In this document: positions 46,501 to 59,323 of the stretch, piece by piece
Layout: each line of letters starts with the position of its first letter
Numbering within the stretch: the stretch's first letter is position 1
The notes under the pieces: model-generated
Databases searched by the model: none
Told to the model about the DNA's origin: nothing
Seen by the model: only the letters and a program-made list of their open reading frames with translations
Made by a program: the position numbers and the translations under genes
Assembly: GCA_008632985.1 (NCBI GenBank)
Contig: QPGO01000004.1
Span: forward strand, 1 to 64,000
Length of the DNA stretch: 64,000 nucleotides
From: Psammoneis japonica
Taxonomy: Eukaryota
Direction of reading: 5' to 3'

Positions 46501-49080
46501 GAATGTGACACCCTCGCTCAATCTCCTCCAATGAGCAGAGTGATCACCTCCATTTTGTGGAAAAAAAAAACATCAAACAACCAAGTGGATGGATGTGTTT
46601 CAATGATCACATCTCTCCATCAAACACCATCATCCGAACAAACCTTCAGTGTCTTGCCCCCCTTTTCACACACGAGGAATTTGGCTCTGCTGTTTGTTTT
46701 CTCTGACAACACGATTTGGGAAAACAGCCATTAAATTTGTCAGTGAATGCATGTTTTTAACAGTTTTTTCTCAAATCGCATTGTCAGAGAAAATGAACAG
46801 CAGAACCGAATTCCTCACACATGAAAAGGGGGGCAAGACACTGAGGGTTTGTTCGGATGACAGTGTTTGAGGGAGAGACATGATCATTGAAACACATCCA
46901 TCCACCAAATTGTTTGGCATTTTTTTTTTCTCACAAAATGGAGGTGATCACTGCTCATGTGGCAAGAGCAACAATTTTGCATGCACCAACTCATTGGAGG
47001 GGAGGCATCATTGACAGTTCACTGTGGCCCATGTGGCAGTTTTTTGTGCCATGTGTTTCTGCAACAACATGCTGAGTGCCTGTGGGCATTGCTCAGCAGA
47101 TGTTTTTGCCAGGCCCACAGTGCCTTGGCTGCTGCTGCTTGCAGCAGGATGTGCACGACACATGGGAATGCCCTGCCCATGTCTTTGATTCCATTCTTTT
47201 CTCCAGTCCGGCAAGAAGTTGCCTTGTTGGCCACCTCAATCTTGCATGGGCTGAATGTTGGCTTGAGCAGTGTTCACACTTGACTGCAAAATGCCTCTGT
47301 CAAACTGGAAGCCTTGCTCCTCAGCATCATGTGGCATGTGACAATCTTTTCACCACTGTGTTGCCAGCCAAGAGGGAGGGGGGGGGGGGGGGGGTGATCA
47401 ACAACCCCATCACTGGGAGAAACTGTGTTCTGAACAGACATTTTGCATTCCTTTGGAACAAGACCTCACTGTGATCCAGCAAAAACAGAGCATCAACACA
47501 AATGCTGCTGGTGGCTTGCCTTTTGGTGAACTGTTTGATTGTTGCTCTGTTGTGGGGGCACAAATGCACATGTGTGCTGTGCACCAATTTGCTCATTTTT
47601 CTGCCTGCACTCCATGTGCACCTCACACTGCAGCAGCAAAGCATGCATTCTTCATTGTCTCATGGCTGCTTGTGCCCAAGAGATCTCATTTTGATGCCAG
47701 TCAATGTGATGGTCAAGTTGATTGTTGTGTTGGCTCTCATTTTTGCAGGGCTTTTTGGAGTGGAAGACAGCCAAGACAACTCAGTTTCTGTCAAGTCTCA
47801 CATGTGACATCTTGCCCATCATGCTGGCTGTCCAATCATCTGAGTGTGCAAGAGCCACAGTCACTGGCCACACTTGTTTCTGCAATGCAGGCACAGAAGA
47901 ACATGTTGCACCATCATCTCAGAGGCTGTGTGCAACCTTGCCCTGTTTGCAAGATTCTCAAGGAGATTGACACCCACATTTTTGGGCAGTCTGACCATTG
48001 CAGTGCTGTTGATGCACACTCCAAGGCCTTCAACATTGCCAACCAGGGTGCCAACAAATCTCCTGTTGACAAACCAAAAAACCCTGCCAGCACCTGTCTT
48101 CCATGAAAACAGCCAGCACAAGTTTGTGCATCTCAAGCTTGCCAGTGTGCCCAAGCCACCTTTGTGAGCCAAGCATGTTGGTGTTCCACACCACTGTTTT
48201 TGTGCCAAGGTGGAGAATTTGGAGATGCAGATGCTCAGCTGGTCAGCGCTGCTGGGCAGCCAGCCGACGACCAGTTTGTGAGAGGGGGCTCCCTGTGGAA
48301 ATGTTCAGAATGGCTGAGAAGGTGCTCCCATGGGCTGGCAAACCCCCTCTTTCTCAGTTGGGAGAGAGAGTCACAATTGCTTGGCTGCCTTGATTGTGAA
48401 TCATGACTGAGTGTGTCATCTTCTGCTGCGCTGCTGTCGTCACACAGCACACCTGAGGAGCTCTGTTTGAGCTGTGCTGCTCACTTTTCTAATCAGGCCA
48501 CAACTCCAACCCCTGCAACAAGAATTGCAGTCTTTCAGACTCTGTGTTGCCAGCAATGCCCATGTTCCTCTTGCAACTGTTGCCATCATCCATCCTCTCC
48601 TGTCAAGGTGCAGACTCCAACAGCCCAAGCAGGCGCACCTCCAGAGCTGCCCCTTGTTGTTCTTGCTGGCAGATGATCAGGTGCAATGGGGTTAGTTGTG
48701 GTGGCCCAAAATGGGTCAACAGCACCAAAAATTTCCTGCTCAACCCAGCCCTCTGTTGTGTTGTTTGTGCACAGTGTGTTGGGGAAAAACAAAGAAACGG
48801 GCAGCACTGCATGTCTGCGCATTGCTTGCCCCCTCTCCCCTTCTGGAGAGGTGAGCCAGCAAAAAAGCAAGAGACCCCTCCAGGTGCCAGGACTCAGTGA
48901 TGACTCAAGCACTGGCAGAGAAGAGTCAGAAGATCTTGAGAGAGAGATCTGCCCAGCTCTGCTCAGCGGGGTCCCGGCCATCCTCATCTGTCTGGGCTCA
49001 CTTTTCCTGTGAAACAAAAGCAAGGCATGGAGTCAGCTGGGGAGAGAGACTTTGTCTGAAGTGCTGGCAAAGCCATCTTT
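43540..49080. mobile_element. Old TE relic block, depleted in TpA and CpG
   Basis: No TpA from 46760 to 48489; diverged direct repeat at ~43560-43700 and ~48430-48595. Confidence 0.75.
46531..46958. mobile_element. Foldback/MITE-like palindromic element (~200-bp arms)
   Basis: 46531-46735 aligns with the reverse complement of ~46755-46958 along its whole length. Confidence 0.9.
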
Positions 49081-49520
49081 GATTCTAGATGCCTCAGATA
49101 AACGAGAAAAGCGTCGATGGCCGCAACCTTGCACTGCCATTGCCATCCACAAGACCAACACAATCTCATGGCGCACGACATTTCTTTCTCACGCGGGCGG
49201 CAATGCGGCCACGTGATGATCACACTGCCAAACTTACATTGTACTCATGACCCATAAATCGACGGCTATCCCACCACTTTTCGACATACCGTGCACTTGA
49301 GTATTTATGATGAGTTGAAATTTTGTACGCACAGTTACCCCACATGCGATACATCGATGGAAAGCTGAGAGTCTGCTCATTCCGTGGGGGGGGAATGGGG
49401 GGGTAAGCTCTGGCGGTTTTTTCGGAAGATGAGGTATGAGTTTTGGGTGTGATCATTGAAATATATATAATTATTAAAATAATTAATGTTGTGCCTCATT
49501 TCTTTGATTGGCGAGCAACC

Positions 49521-49670
49521 GAAATTGTGGAACACTTTTGACATATGCTAAACACGACCTGATTTGGACCGTTGGTATTTTAATGCATTCTACAGACATG
49601 TGGGCGTGCATTAAAATAGGTCCGGGGGTCAAAAACTCCAAATCGCGACCCCCAAGTGTTCCACAGTTTC
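49521..49670. repeat. Nested inverted repeats (small MITE-like or structured element)
   Basis: gaaattgtggaacactt / aagtgttccacagtttc (16 of 17); inner tattttaatgca / tgcattaaaata; gggggtc / gaccccc. Confidence 0.7.
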
Positions 49671-49736
49671 AAAGTCATCGAAAATATCCAAAAACACGGT
49701 ACCGGTAGGGCCCTACCGGTAACAAAAAAAAGCACC

Positions 49737-52700
49737 ATGAGCCGCTTTTGGGCTGCCGGAAGCTCCTCTTCAGAGGAATCGGATTCCGATGATTCATATT
49801 CGTCCAGTGATGAGTCGGTAGGAAGAAAGCAGAACCAGTGGGTGGATTTGAGTGATTCTGGTAAGTCTAGATAAAAAGTGTGCGTCTGAGAATGCTGTTT
49901 TCGTCTCCGTTGTGCATCTCTTTTCTCATTGACTTGTGATGTCTCTCGCTCTCTCTAGAATCCGACGATGACGACGTGCGCGTCGTGAAATCCGCCAAGG
50001 ACCGTTCGCTCGAATCCTTTCAGTTGCACATTTCCAACATTCGCTCCGCCATGAAGACGTCTGATTTCAATACGATTCAGTCGGAATTTGACGACTTGCA
50101 AAAGGCTATGATCAAGGCCAAGAAATTGTTGTCGCAGGGCATTCCAAGACCACTTATTCGGTTGTTTTGTGATATGGACGATTACGTTCAGGCGAGTTTG
50201 GCGGACAAGGCCGCATTCAAAAAGCTGAGTGCCAGCAATGGGCGGGCCTTGAACCGGATGAAGTTGACCTTGCGTAAACACAACAAACCCTATCAGCCAC
50301 TCATGGATGAGTACCGCAAGAATCCAATTGTTTCGAGTAGTAGTAGCAGTAGCAGCGAAGAGTCATCATCCGATGAAGACAGTGATAGTGACAGTGATGA
50401 GTCGAGCAGTAGCAGCAGCAGCAGTAGCGACGACGATTCAGATGCCAAGCCCGTCGCCAAGAAGAAACCAGTCGTGTCGTCGTCCGATAGCAGCGATGAT
50501 AGTTCGGTAAGTCTATTTTTGTTGCAAGAGAATCAGTCACAAGGATGACCATTCACCTCTTTTTGAAAGGGGCTGAATTCCTCGTTTCCGATGCGCCTGG
50601 ATTTATATCCTACTCATACGTCACTGTCAAAGTGGCATTGAATTTTTGGAGAAAATCTTGGATGAGACAGAATGTGCCCTTGTGGCTTTTTGAGTGACTG
50701 GAGATGTTCTGATTGTTGTTGAAAGTATTGTTGGTTGTTGGAAATGAAGCAACTCTCACTTTTCTGTTGAATTTTGTTTTATGCAGGACGATTCATCCGA
50801 AGACGAAGACTCGGATGAAGAAGACTCGGATGAGTCGGAAGATTGGGGCAGCGATTCGGACGAGAGCACCAGTTCCGAAGAATCCGATGATGGTCTTGGT
50901 GAACTCAAGGGCCGTGCCCGTTGGTTGAAAAAGACGGTAGTCACCACGAAGAAGGTGAAAAAAACAAACAAGGACACCAAGCCAAAGCATCTAATTGAAG
51001 ATGAAGAAAAGAAGGAAATTGAAGTGGAAACCACAAATCGCTCATTCCCCAAGAAGACTTGACGGCGGCCGTGCTCAATCGCAAAGTGGCCGAAGTGGTG
51101 GCGTCGCGTGGACGCCGCGGTACCGACAATCGTGTCGTCTTGTTGCACTTGGAAACCATGTCGAGACTGGCGCTAGCCTTTGGACCGCGTGTCGAAATTC
51201 CCATTCTCATGCACGTTGTGACGGCACAGTTTGATTTGCAACGCACGCTTGACGATTACATGGAGACCAAAATGTGGAAGTCGTGTGCGTCCTATTTGGA
51301 TCGCATCACGTCGGTTTTGGATAATGGATGGACCTTGGGGTCAACCACGACAACGACGGACGAGGCGAGTGGTGGTACGCCCAAGAACAAAATGAAGGCG
51401 GCAGCAACGGCGGCGGCCGACGTTGGTGCCATGGCGGCAGTGGCGGCGGATGAGCAACTCATTAACCCGCATACGGTATGTTAGAGTTGATTGGTCTTTT
51501 TGCTTTTGCATTCATGAAACAATCTTGAAGCTTACACTCAATTGTTTCTTCTCTTTGTTGCATTGACAGAATGAACCCGAAACTGCCGATGAACGTGCCG
51601 AGCGCTTGCGTGTCGAAGCCGAAGCGAGCATGACGGACGAGGAGAAAAAGACCATTCCAGTCATGGGATCGTTGTCGCTCTTTTTGTCTCGTTTGGAGGA
51701 GGAATACACCAAGAGTCTTCAACGCATCTCTCCCCACACGACCGAGTATGTAGTACGCTTGCGGGATGAATCTAAACTCCTCGATTTGTTGGGACGAGTG
51801 CAAGCCTATTATGAACGCATTGGATCATCCAAGGAGGCTGCAACCATGGCACAGCTTCGTGTGGAGCACTTGTATTATCGCCACGACACAATTGCAGAAA
51901 AGGTGGACCGCGCAGCGGCGTTTGTGGACAAGTTTGGTGAAACGAGCATGCTGCACCCGGCGTGTGTTACCGAAAAGGGAGGAACCGATTTTAGTATAAC
52001 GCATCCAGCTGCCGTGTCGGGGAAACCGACTCTGGATGACGACGCTAGCGTCTCGGCAGCCGCCGTAGATTCGGCGGTGCTACTTTCCAAGCTGGCCACC
52101 TATGTTTACCAGCATGGTGACGACCGAGAAAAGACGCGTGCCATGATTTGTCACATTTTCCACCACGCCCTTCACAATCGCTTCCTCGAGGCGCGCGACT
52201 TGCTTCTCATGTCGCATCTCCAAGATTCGATTGGCACCATGGGTGATGTTTCAACCATGATTCTATTCAACCGCATGATGGTGACTCTTGGCATGTCTGC
52301 CTTTCGCTTGGGGCGTATTTGGGACGCTCATCAGTGTCTTGCCGAAATTTGTTCCGGTCGAGTTCGCGAACTCTTGGCACAGGGCGTCAGCACCGGCCGA
52401 TTCAATGACAAGAGTCCCGAACAAGAAAAGGCAGAAAAGCGTCGACAGGTCCCATACCATCAGCACATTAACCTCGACCTGTTGGAGGCTTGTCACTTGA
52501 TTAGTGCCATGCTTTTGGAAGTCCCCAACATGGCGGCTGCGCGTGTCGACGGCGATTCTGGCAGCACGCGTCGAGCTCGAGTCATCTCGCGGACCTTTCG
52601 CAAGCACCATGACATTTATGATCGTCAGGTGTTCACGGGTCCTCCCGAACAAACACGTGACTTTGTCATGCGAGCTTCCAAGGCGCTCATGAAGGGCGAC

Positions 52701-53285
52701 TGGAAGACGTGCTCGGACCTTCTCGTTAATCTTGATGTTTGGAAACTTGTTCCCGGAGAGAAGAGCGAAGAGCAGATTACCACCATGCTGACGCAGAAAA
52801 TCAAGTCGGAGGGCCTTCGCACCTACCTCTTTTCCTTCTCAGCGCAGTACGATTCTCTCTCGCTCACTCAGCTCTGTGCGCTATTTGATATGAGCAAGAA
52901 CGAGGTTCACAGTGTGGTTTCTAAAATGATGATTAACCGCGAGCTCTACGCAAGCTGGGATCAACCAACTGAAACCATTGTGTTGCAAAGGGTCGAGCCC
53001 ACCTCTCTTCAAGTCATGGCGTTGCAGTTTGCTGAAAAGGCGGCGACATTGGTGGAGGCGAATGAGCGGCTGTTGGACGCAAAGAGCGGAAGTTATGGTT
53101 ACAAGGACGATTACAATTGGAAGGGCGGCGACTCGTACCAGCGAAGTGGCGGATACCGCACGGGTGGCCGCGGTGGCGGTGGTCGAGGTATGGGAAGCCG
53201 CGTTGGCAGTCAGGGTAGTCGTGGTGGCGGCGGCCGCGGCTCTGGAGGCGGTCGAGGCTATCGTGGAAGCAGGAATCGTTATTAG
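49737..53285 (+). CDS. eIF3c: Translation initiation factor eIF3 subunit C; exons 49737-49860, 49959-50506, 50787-51475, 51570-53285
   Basis: MSRFW start, RVVKSAKDR, ASRGRRGTD, ISPHTTEYVVRL, ARDLLLMSHLQ, PYHQHINLDLLE, FTGPPE, PCI domain; three GT-AG introns in compatible phase; apparent 1-bp deletion near 51035. Confidence 0.95.
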
Positions 53286-53603
53286 CTTTCGTTCAGAGAT
53301 GCGGCGGCAGCAGGCGTCAGGGAGTGGTAAACCGGCTTTCGTAGCAGGTATCGAAAAAAAATTTGATCAGATGCAGAGATGCTTTATCACTCTAGACAAA
53401 CTGAATTGCGACTTCATTGTTCTTGTAACGAAATTAAATACAGTGTTAGATTAAGAATTATAAAGTGCTGCCGCGAACAATCAAAACACAAAATTGAAAA
53501 TGAACATCATGTAACGAATTTAGACAAGTTGCAAGCTGAGGATGGGCCCCAGCAAGGAAAACAACGACGATGAAGAAATTTCACAGTTGCGTGTGGCTTT
53601 GAA

Positions 53604-56047
53604 CTATTGCCGCACCGAGTAGACTCGTGCGTATCCACTTCCGTTGTCCGGGGCCCCAACTGCGAAATAAGAGCCATCGCCTGAAATACTGATCGAATCT
53701 CCGAACGTGTCACCCGTGCTGGCTCCTTGGAGCTGAGCAACCTTCTCCCATCGAGAAGTCCCACTGTTGTACCGAAATAGGTATGCTTCACCCCGATCAT
53801 TGTCCACGTGCTGAGCTCCTGCTGCGAGGAGGTTTCCGTCGTCAGATAACTTCACATGACCAGCGCCAAGCTGGCCGAAGCTTACTTGCCCAAGGATAGT
53901 GTTACCACGTTGCACCCAAGAGTTACCCGAAAGTTGATAAACCCGGATCATACCCGCATCGGAACCCGCTGTGTCATTTCCATCCGCTCCAATAGCCAGA
54001 ATCGAACCATCTGCAGACAATCCTACACTGGTACCTTGGAAATCTTCAAAAGCGTCCCCGTCTAATGGTTGCCCGACTGGGTTCCACCTCCCATTCTCGT
54101 AGTCATATACTCTCACGCGTCCTGCGCCATCCGCCCCATTCACGATACCGACGGCAATTCTGCGCCCGGCTGCATCAAGGGCAATGGATCTACCAAATGA
54201 TTCAAGTTCGTTTTCTCCCTGGAGGTCCTCGCCAAGAGGAATCCAAACATCAGACCATTGAAAAACCCTGACATATCCAGCGTTCAACCCTCCGCCAGGA
54301 GGATCACCTAGACGGGCTGATGCAGCTATGGTCCTGGGCAAGTGATAGCAAAGTTTTTTTTTTGTGAGTGTGTGTGAGTGTGAGTGAGTAGCTTTAAGTT
54401 TGATCGTACCTTCCGCTATCCGATATGGCCACATCCCACCCAAACTGATCCATTGAATCCCTCCCGTTGATTCGTGATCCCCGCGACACCCAATCGTTGT
54501 TGCTGTTTAGACGAAAGACTCGTACTTGACCTGCGTCACCTCCGTCTTCATGACTCCTTGCTCCGACAACCATCACGCTGCCGTCTTCACTCAGAGCAAC
54601 TCTGCCTCCAAAGGATCCGCTGCCCCTGAGAACTTGTCCGAGTCTGTTCCACTGTGAACCACTTCGCCGGTACGTAACAACGGTGTTCCTGTCGATGGCT
54701 CCGACAGCCAAAGTTCTACCATCTCCAGAGAGATCAACGTCAACACCAAATCTACTCAAGTCATCAAGGCCGCGAAAAGTCTGTAGAAAAGTCACAGCTG
54801 CCGGACCAAACGTAGGAGGCGGTGTCGTCGGACTTATAAAAGGAGTTGGCCGATTAGTGGCTGGTCTTGATGTTGGCGGAGGCGATGATACGGCGAAGGC
54901 GTGAAGTTCGGGTTGGGTGGAGGGGTGAACACCGGCGACATTGTCGGAGGAGGAGCACCATTCGGAGGCGGCGTTGGGTTCCCAGGGTCAGTTATAGGAT
55001 CCTCGCCTCCGCCACCACCACCGCCGCCGCCACCGTCGCCACCTGCACCAGCAACGAGCGCACCTACTACCCCTGCAATCGCTCCAACTATCAAGATAAT
55101 GGCGAGAACGATGAACCACTTGCTCATCCAAAAAGGCTTCTCGTCTTGGTCTCCTACCTCCTCTGAGCTGGGACGACTGTCGACAGGAGGTGCTGCACCA
55201 CTTTCAACGGCCACGGGTACCGCTTCTGCTGTGAGGACTCTCTGGTTCTGAAGGGCTTGGACTTCTTGCCTGATTTCGGAACGTAGCTCCTCACGAATCT
55301 CGTTGGCCAAGTCATCGTTTGTAACTGCTTGGGCAACAACTGTTTGTGGGCCAAGCGTCTGAGTATCATCGTGCGCGTCGACACGGAGAAACTCCTCAGC
55401 CTCTCTGTCTTGCTGCTCTTGGGAACTTGGTTCAACGGAGAATGCCCCAATCATAGCATTAGGAGGACTTGAAGGCGCCGCAGTATTTCCACCCCCTGCG
55501 TGTTCGCCAGAGGCGATTGCGTTGTTGAGGGTTCAGCGTTGGATACGGCGGACCTCTGTGGAGCAGCCAGCGACATAGAATCCATACCAGGATCGTCATC
55601 GATACCTCTTGTACGCGTAGAAGACCTCTGTGGGGCAGCCAAAGACGCGGAATCCTCGTCATCGACCCCCCTCAGACGCGTAGGAGGCCTGCGGGACATG
55701 TTCTGATTCTCGTGCCGCTTCTCCTCTTTCTGCCTTGCTTTTGCCGCTGTCATGTCGTCCGTTGACTGTTCTTGGTTGTGAAGGTTTTGCTCGTGCCTTC
55801 CAGTCCACGGTAAATCTCCTTCGAGCGACTTTAAGTCTCCCCCGTGTTCTTCGACATGAGGCTGAAGAACATCTGCGTTCTTCTTTGCGAGAACGGGATC
55901 ATCAGGTGGCGCCTCTTCTCCGTTGCAAATAGCCTCCACTGCTCTGTCTAAGTCTCCTCCATGACGCTTCAGAATAGAATCTAATTCGTCTATGGACTTG
56001 TCCTCGAAGAGCTCGACGAGCTGCAAAAGTTCTTGACTCGACGCCAT
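53604..56047 (-). CDS. Single-pass beta-propeller protein with N-terminal CUE/UBA-like domain; intron 54334-54409; apparent frameshifts near 55500 and 54890
   Basis: LLQLVELFEDKSIDELDSILKRHGGDLDRAVEAI; TM after KPFW; FG-GAP-like repeats; paralogous to the two downstream genes. Confidence 0.8.
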
Positions 56048-56751
56048 CGTGTCAACTCGTTCTTGTCACCAATTTTCGCTTGAAAACGCGGGAAGGCGGG
56101 AAGCATCATCAGTCGGTCATCAGCGTCCGCGAATTCGATGACGAAGAAATTCTGCTGTCAATTAGTGATAATGACGTCATGTATCTTGTTGCCTTTAAAC
56201 ACCTTTTGTCCGAACTTCAAGTGCGTGGAGCGAAAGATCGCAAAAGACCCGGATTTGCTCTAGCACATGCCGTACTGTTCATATCCCAACGGATTTGATC
56301 ATGCGTTGGGATTGAAATACTGTAATTGTAGCCCTCTACTCTCTAGAGTAGTAGTAGACTACTCTCAAAGTGTAGCTGCAGTATTTTGTCAATGCCCTAT
56401 GTACAGTCAGTAGAGAGTTCAGTTATTAGCCTTTCTTATTCTCTCTTTCCGGCTAGTTTACATATCAGGGAGTGTTTTAGAACGTTTGTGGGAAGTTGGT
56501 GTAGGGATTGCTGACGAGATCGCCTTGAAAGACCCAATGCCCGAAGTGGACTTCTGCAGCAACTACAGGTACCGGGTACCTTTAAATTTCAATGCTGACA
56601 TTGTTAGGTTACATAAAATAAAATGAGCAATGCTAACTATATACTCTCTACTAAGCAAGGTCGTCCAAAACGGCGAACCATCGCTGCTGAGACTGAATAG
56701 ATGTTCATCCAACAACCGAGCAGAAACAAACATTAAAGAAAAAACGAACAA

Positions 56752-58974
56752 TCACTCCACTTGGAAAACACGCACGTATCCTACACCAATGTCCGGAGCG
56801 CCAACAGCAAAGAATTGCCCATCGCCACTAAGGGAAACACACTCGCCAAAATCCTCGCCGGGACCATCTCCCTCAACTCGAGCAACCAGAGACCAGCGAG
56901 CCGTTTCAACGTTGTAGCGATACAGATAAGCTGCACCCAGTTCTTCGTTAAGATTCTGTGCCCCAACCGCAAGGAGATTCCCGTCATTGGTTAAACTCAA
57001 GTGTGTAGCGCCAAAATTTCCAAAGGGTCCTTCTCCAAGCATGCTCTGGCCACGCTGGATCCACGTGCCTTCGACAAGCTGATAGACACGGACCATACCA
57101 GCTCCAGAACCATTTCTGGCCGAGCCGTCAGCTCCGACTGCCAGAATGGATCCGTCCTCGGAGAACGTGACACTTGTTCCTTGAGAGTCCTCGAAAGCTT
57201 CTCCATCAAGATTCTGCCCGACCTGATTCCAAGCACTCCCGTCAAAGTCGAATACTCGTACTTGTCCATTGCCGCCGGCTGCAATGGTTGCGCCAACAGC
57301 AACTCTCCGACCGGTGGAATCCAATGATATAGTCCGACCAAACTGGTCGAGAGCAAGTTCACCTTCAATATCATTGCCTAGCTGCACCCAATCACCCGAG
57401 AATGTAAAGATCTGCGCATACCCGGCGTTCATTCTATCGGGAGAGGGATCACCAAGTCTGGATGTGACGGCAATGGTACGGCCGCTATCAGAAATGGAAA
57501 CGTCAAATCCAAATTGATCTTCGGCTGCTCTGCCATTAATGGGCGAGCCTTGAGGAACCCATGAATCCGTACTGAAGCGGAAGACTCGGACCTGACCAGC
57601 TTCCTCACCACCGTCATCGTTGCTCCTGGCTCCAATGACAATAGTATTACCAGACTCGGATAGGTCAATGCGGCCTCCAAACGATCCACTTCCCTTGAGA
57701 ACTTGTCCAAGACGAACCCACTGGTTACCATTTCGGCGATAAACAATGACAGTGCTTCTGTTGATGGCACCCACCGCCAATGTAGTACCATCTCGAGAGA
57801 GCTTGCAATCAACACCAAACCTGCCCCGCTCATCAATGCCTGGGACCGTCTGGAGAACAGTCAGGGCAGCTGGCGTAAAGGTGGGGAATGGCGTGGTTGT
57901 TGGTGCGCTGGTAGTGGGAGACATTGTGGGTGGACCAGTAGTGGGCGTCGCCGTGGGTGGTGCGGTCGTTGGTGTCATGGTCGGGGCCTTGGTTGGTGAG
58001 ACGGTTGGAACGGCGGCAAGGCCTTTTTCTCCTCCGCCATCGTTGCTACTACCGGCGACCACTCCTCCGACGATCCCTCCAATAGCCGCAAGAACCAAGA
58101 TAATTGCGACAACAATGAAGCACTTGCGCTTCCAGAAAGGTGTTTCATCTTCGGTGGTCTTCTTTGCGCCGTCGCTGAGATGCAAAGGCTCGGCAGAGAC
58201 GGGTGTGCCCTGAAGCGCTTCAACTTCTTGCCTGATTTCGGAACGCAGTTCTTCTCGGATTTCGTTTGCCAGATCCTCGTTTGTTACGGCTTGGGCTACA
58301 ACCGTTTGCTCATTGTTACCCGGCGAAGCGCCCGAACGGGGTTCCTGAAGTTGGCCGGGTCTGACGTTTGGAGGAGCAGCAGCGGCAGCAGCTGCTGCCA
58401 AGGCAATCGAGCCTCCAGCTATAGCGGCCGTCGCGTTGCCTCGAGAACCGTTTCTGTTGGCGGACTTTTGCGACGCAAGCAATGTTGAAACTTCATCTTC
58501 GGTCTCGACACCCTTTTTTGCTGGCATACCTTTGGGCTTCCGATCCATAAGCGCTTTCTCCTTTTCTTTTCGCATTTTCTCTATATAAGGATCGAGTTTG
58601 CCTTGCTCTTCATCGCCCGTATCAGTGCTGCGTGCAGCATAAGCCTTGGAATCCTGGCCATACTCATGGGAAACCCCCGCAACGCCATGTACAGAACCGG
58701 ATTCCGAGCCATATTCGCTCGTTCCGGTCCTTCGAGGCGCAGCGAGCGACGCAGCATCGTCTTCAAAATCAATTCCTCTTGAATGTGTAGACTTGAGATT
58801 TCCTTGTTCTTCGTCAGCTTCCGTCTTTGCACCCGCGGCTTGAAAAGCCTCCGTAGCAGGCCGTTGAGAAGAACCGGGAAAGCTTGCTGAGGGCCTTTGC
58901 GGTGCAGAGAGCGGCGCCAAGCCGTCCTCGTCCAGGCCACGTTCACGTGCAGACTCTTTTCCTTCCTTCATCAT
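56752..58974 (-). CDS. Single-pass FG-GAP-like beta-propeller protein
   Basis: Intact 740-aa ORF; TM after PFWKRK; PT-rich stalk; ~7 blades. Confidence 0.92.
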   Translation of the reverse strand: MMKEGKESARERGLDEDGLAPLSAPQRPSASFPGSSQRPATEAFQAAGAKTEADEEQGNLKSTHSRGIDFEDDAASLAAPRRTGTSEYGSESGSVHGVAGVSHEYGQDSKAYAARSTDTGDEEQGKLDPYIEKMRKEKEKALMDRKPKGMPAKKGVETEDEVSTLLASQKSANRNGSRGNATAAIAGGSIALAAAAAAAAPPNVRPGQLQEPRSGASPGNNEQTVVAQAVTNEDLANEIREELRSEIRQEVEALQGTPVSAEPLHLSDGAKKTTEDETPFWKRKCFIVVAIILVLAAIGGIVGGVVAGSSNDGGGEKGLAAVPTVSPTKAPTMTPTTAPPTATPTTGPPTMSPTTSAPTTTPFPTFTPAALTVLQTVPGIDERGRFGVDCKLSRDGTTLAVGAINRSTVIVYRRNGNQWVRLGQVLKGSGSFGGRIDLSESGNTIVIGARSNDDGGEEAGQVRVFRFSTDSWVPQGSPINGRAAEDQFGFDVSISDSGRTIAVTSRLGDPSPDRMNAGYAQIFTFSGDWVQLGNDIEGELALDQFGRTISLDSTGRRVAVGATIAAGGNGQVRVFDFDGSAWNQVGQNLDGEAFEDSQGTSVTFSEDGSILAVGADGSARNGSGAGMVRVYQLVEGTWIQRGQSMLGEGPFGNFGATHLSLTNDGNLLAVGAQNLNEELGAAYLYRYNVETARWSLVARVEGDGPGEDFGECVSLSGDGQFFAVGAPDIGVGYVRVFQVE

Positions 58975-59323
58975 GGCACGGATGTTCTTCTATATCTCAC
59001 ACTGTTTCTCAACAGCTGCACTCGGTCCCACTTGAAGAAGAATGAGAGAAGCGTGTCATGAAGATGCGCTTCTGCTCAGTCGCTTTGTCGTGGCGGCTTC
59101 CTGCCTGCGCCCGCCGCCAGCGCACTCGCACGATTGCCGAATTCGCGGCTTCTGCAAACTCCAAAACGCGCATCATCCAATGCGCGAGCAAGCGCGAGAG
59201 CTTTTTGAAATTTTGCGTGTCACGCACATTTTTCACAATCAGATTCTTTGACTTCCATCTTCAATCTTTGAACGAACACAACACTCAACATCGCAAGAAC
59301 CAAAAAGCAGGATCAGATAGACC

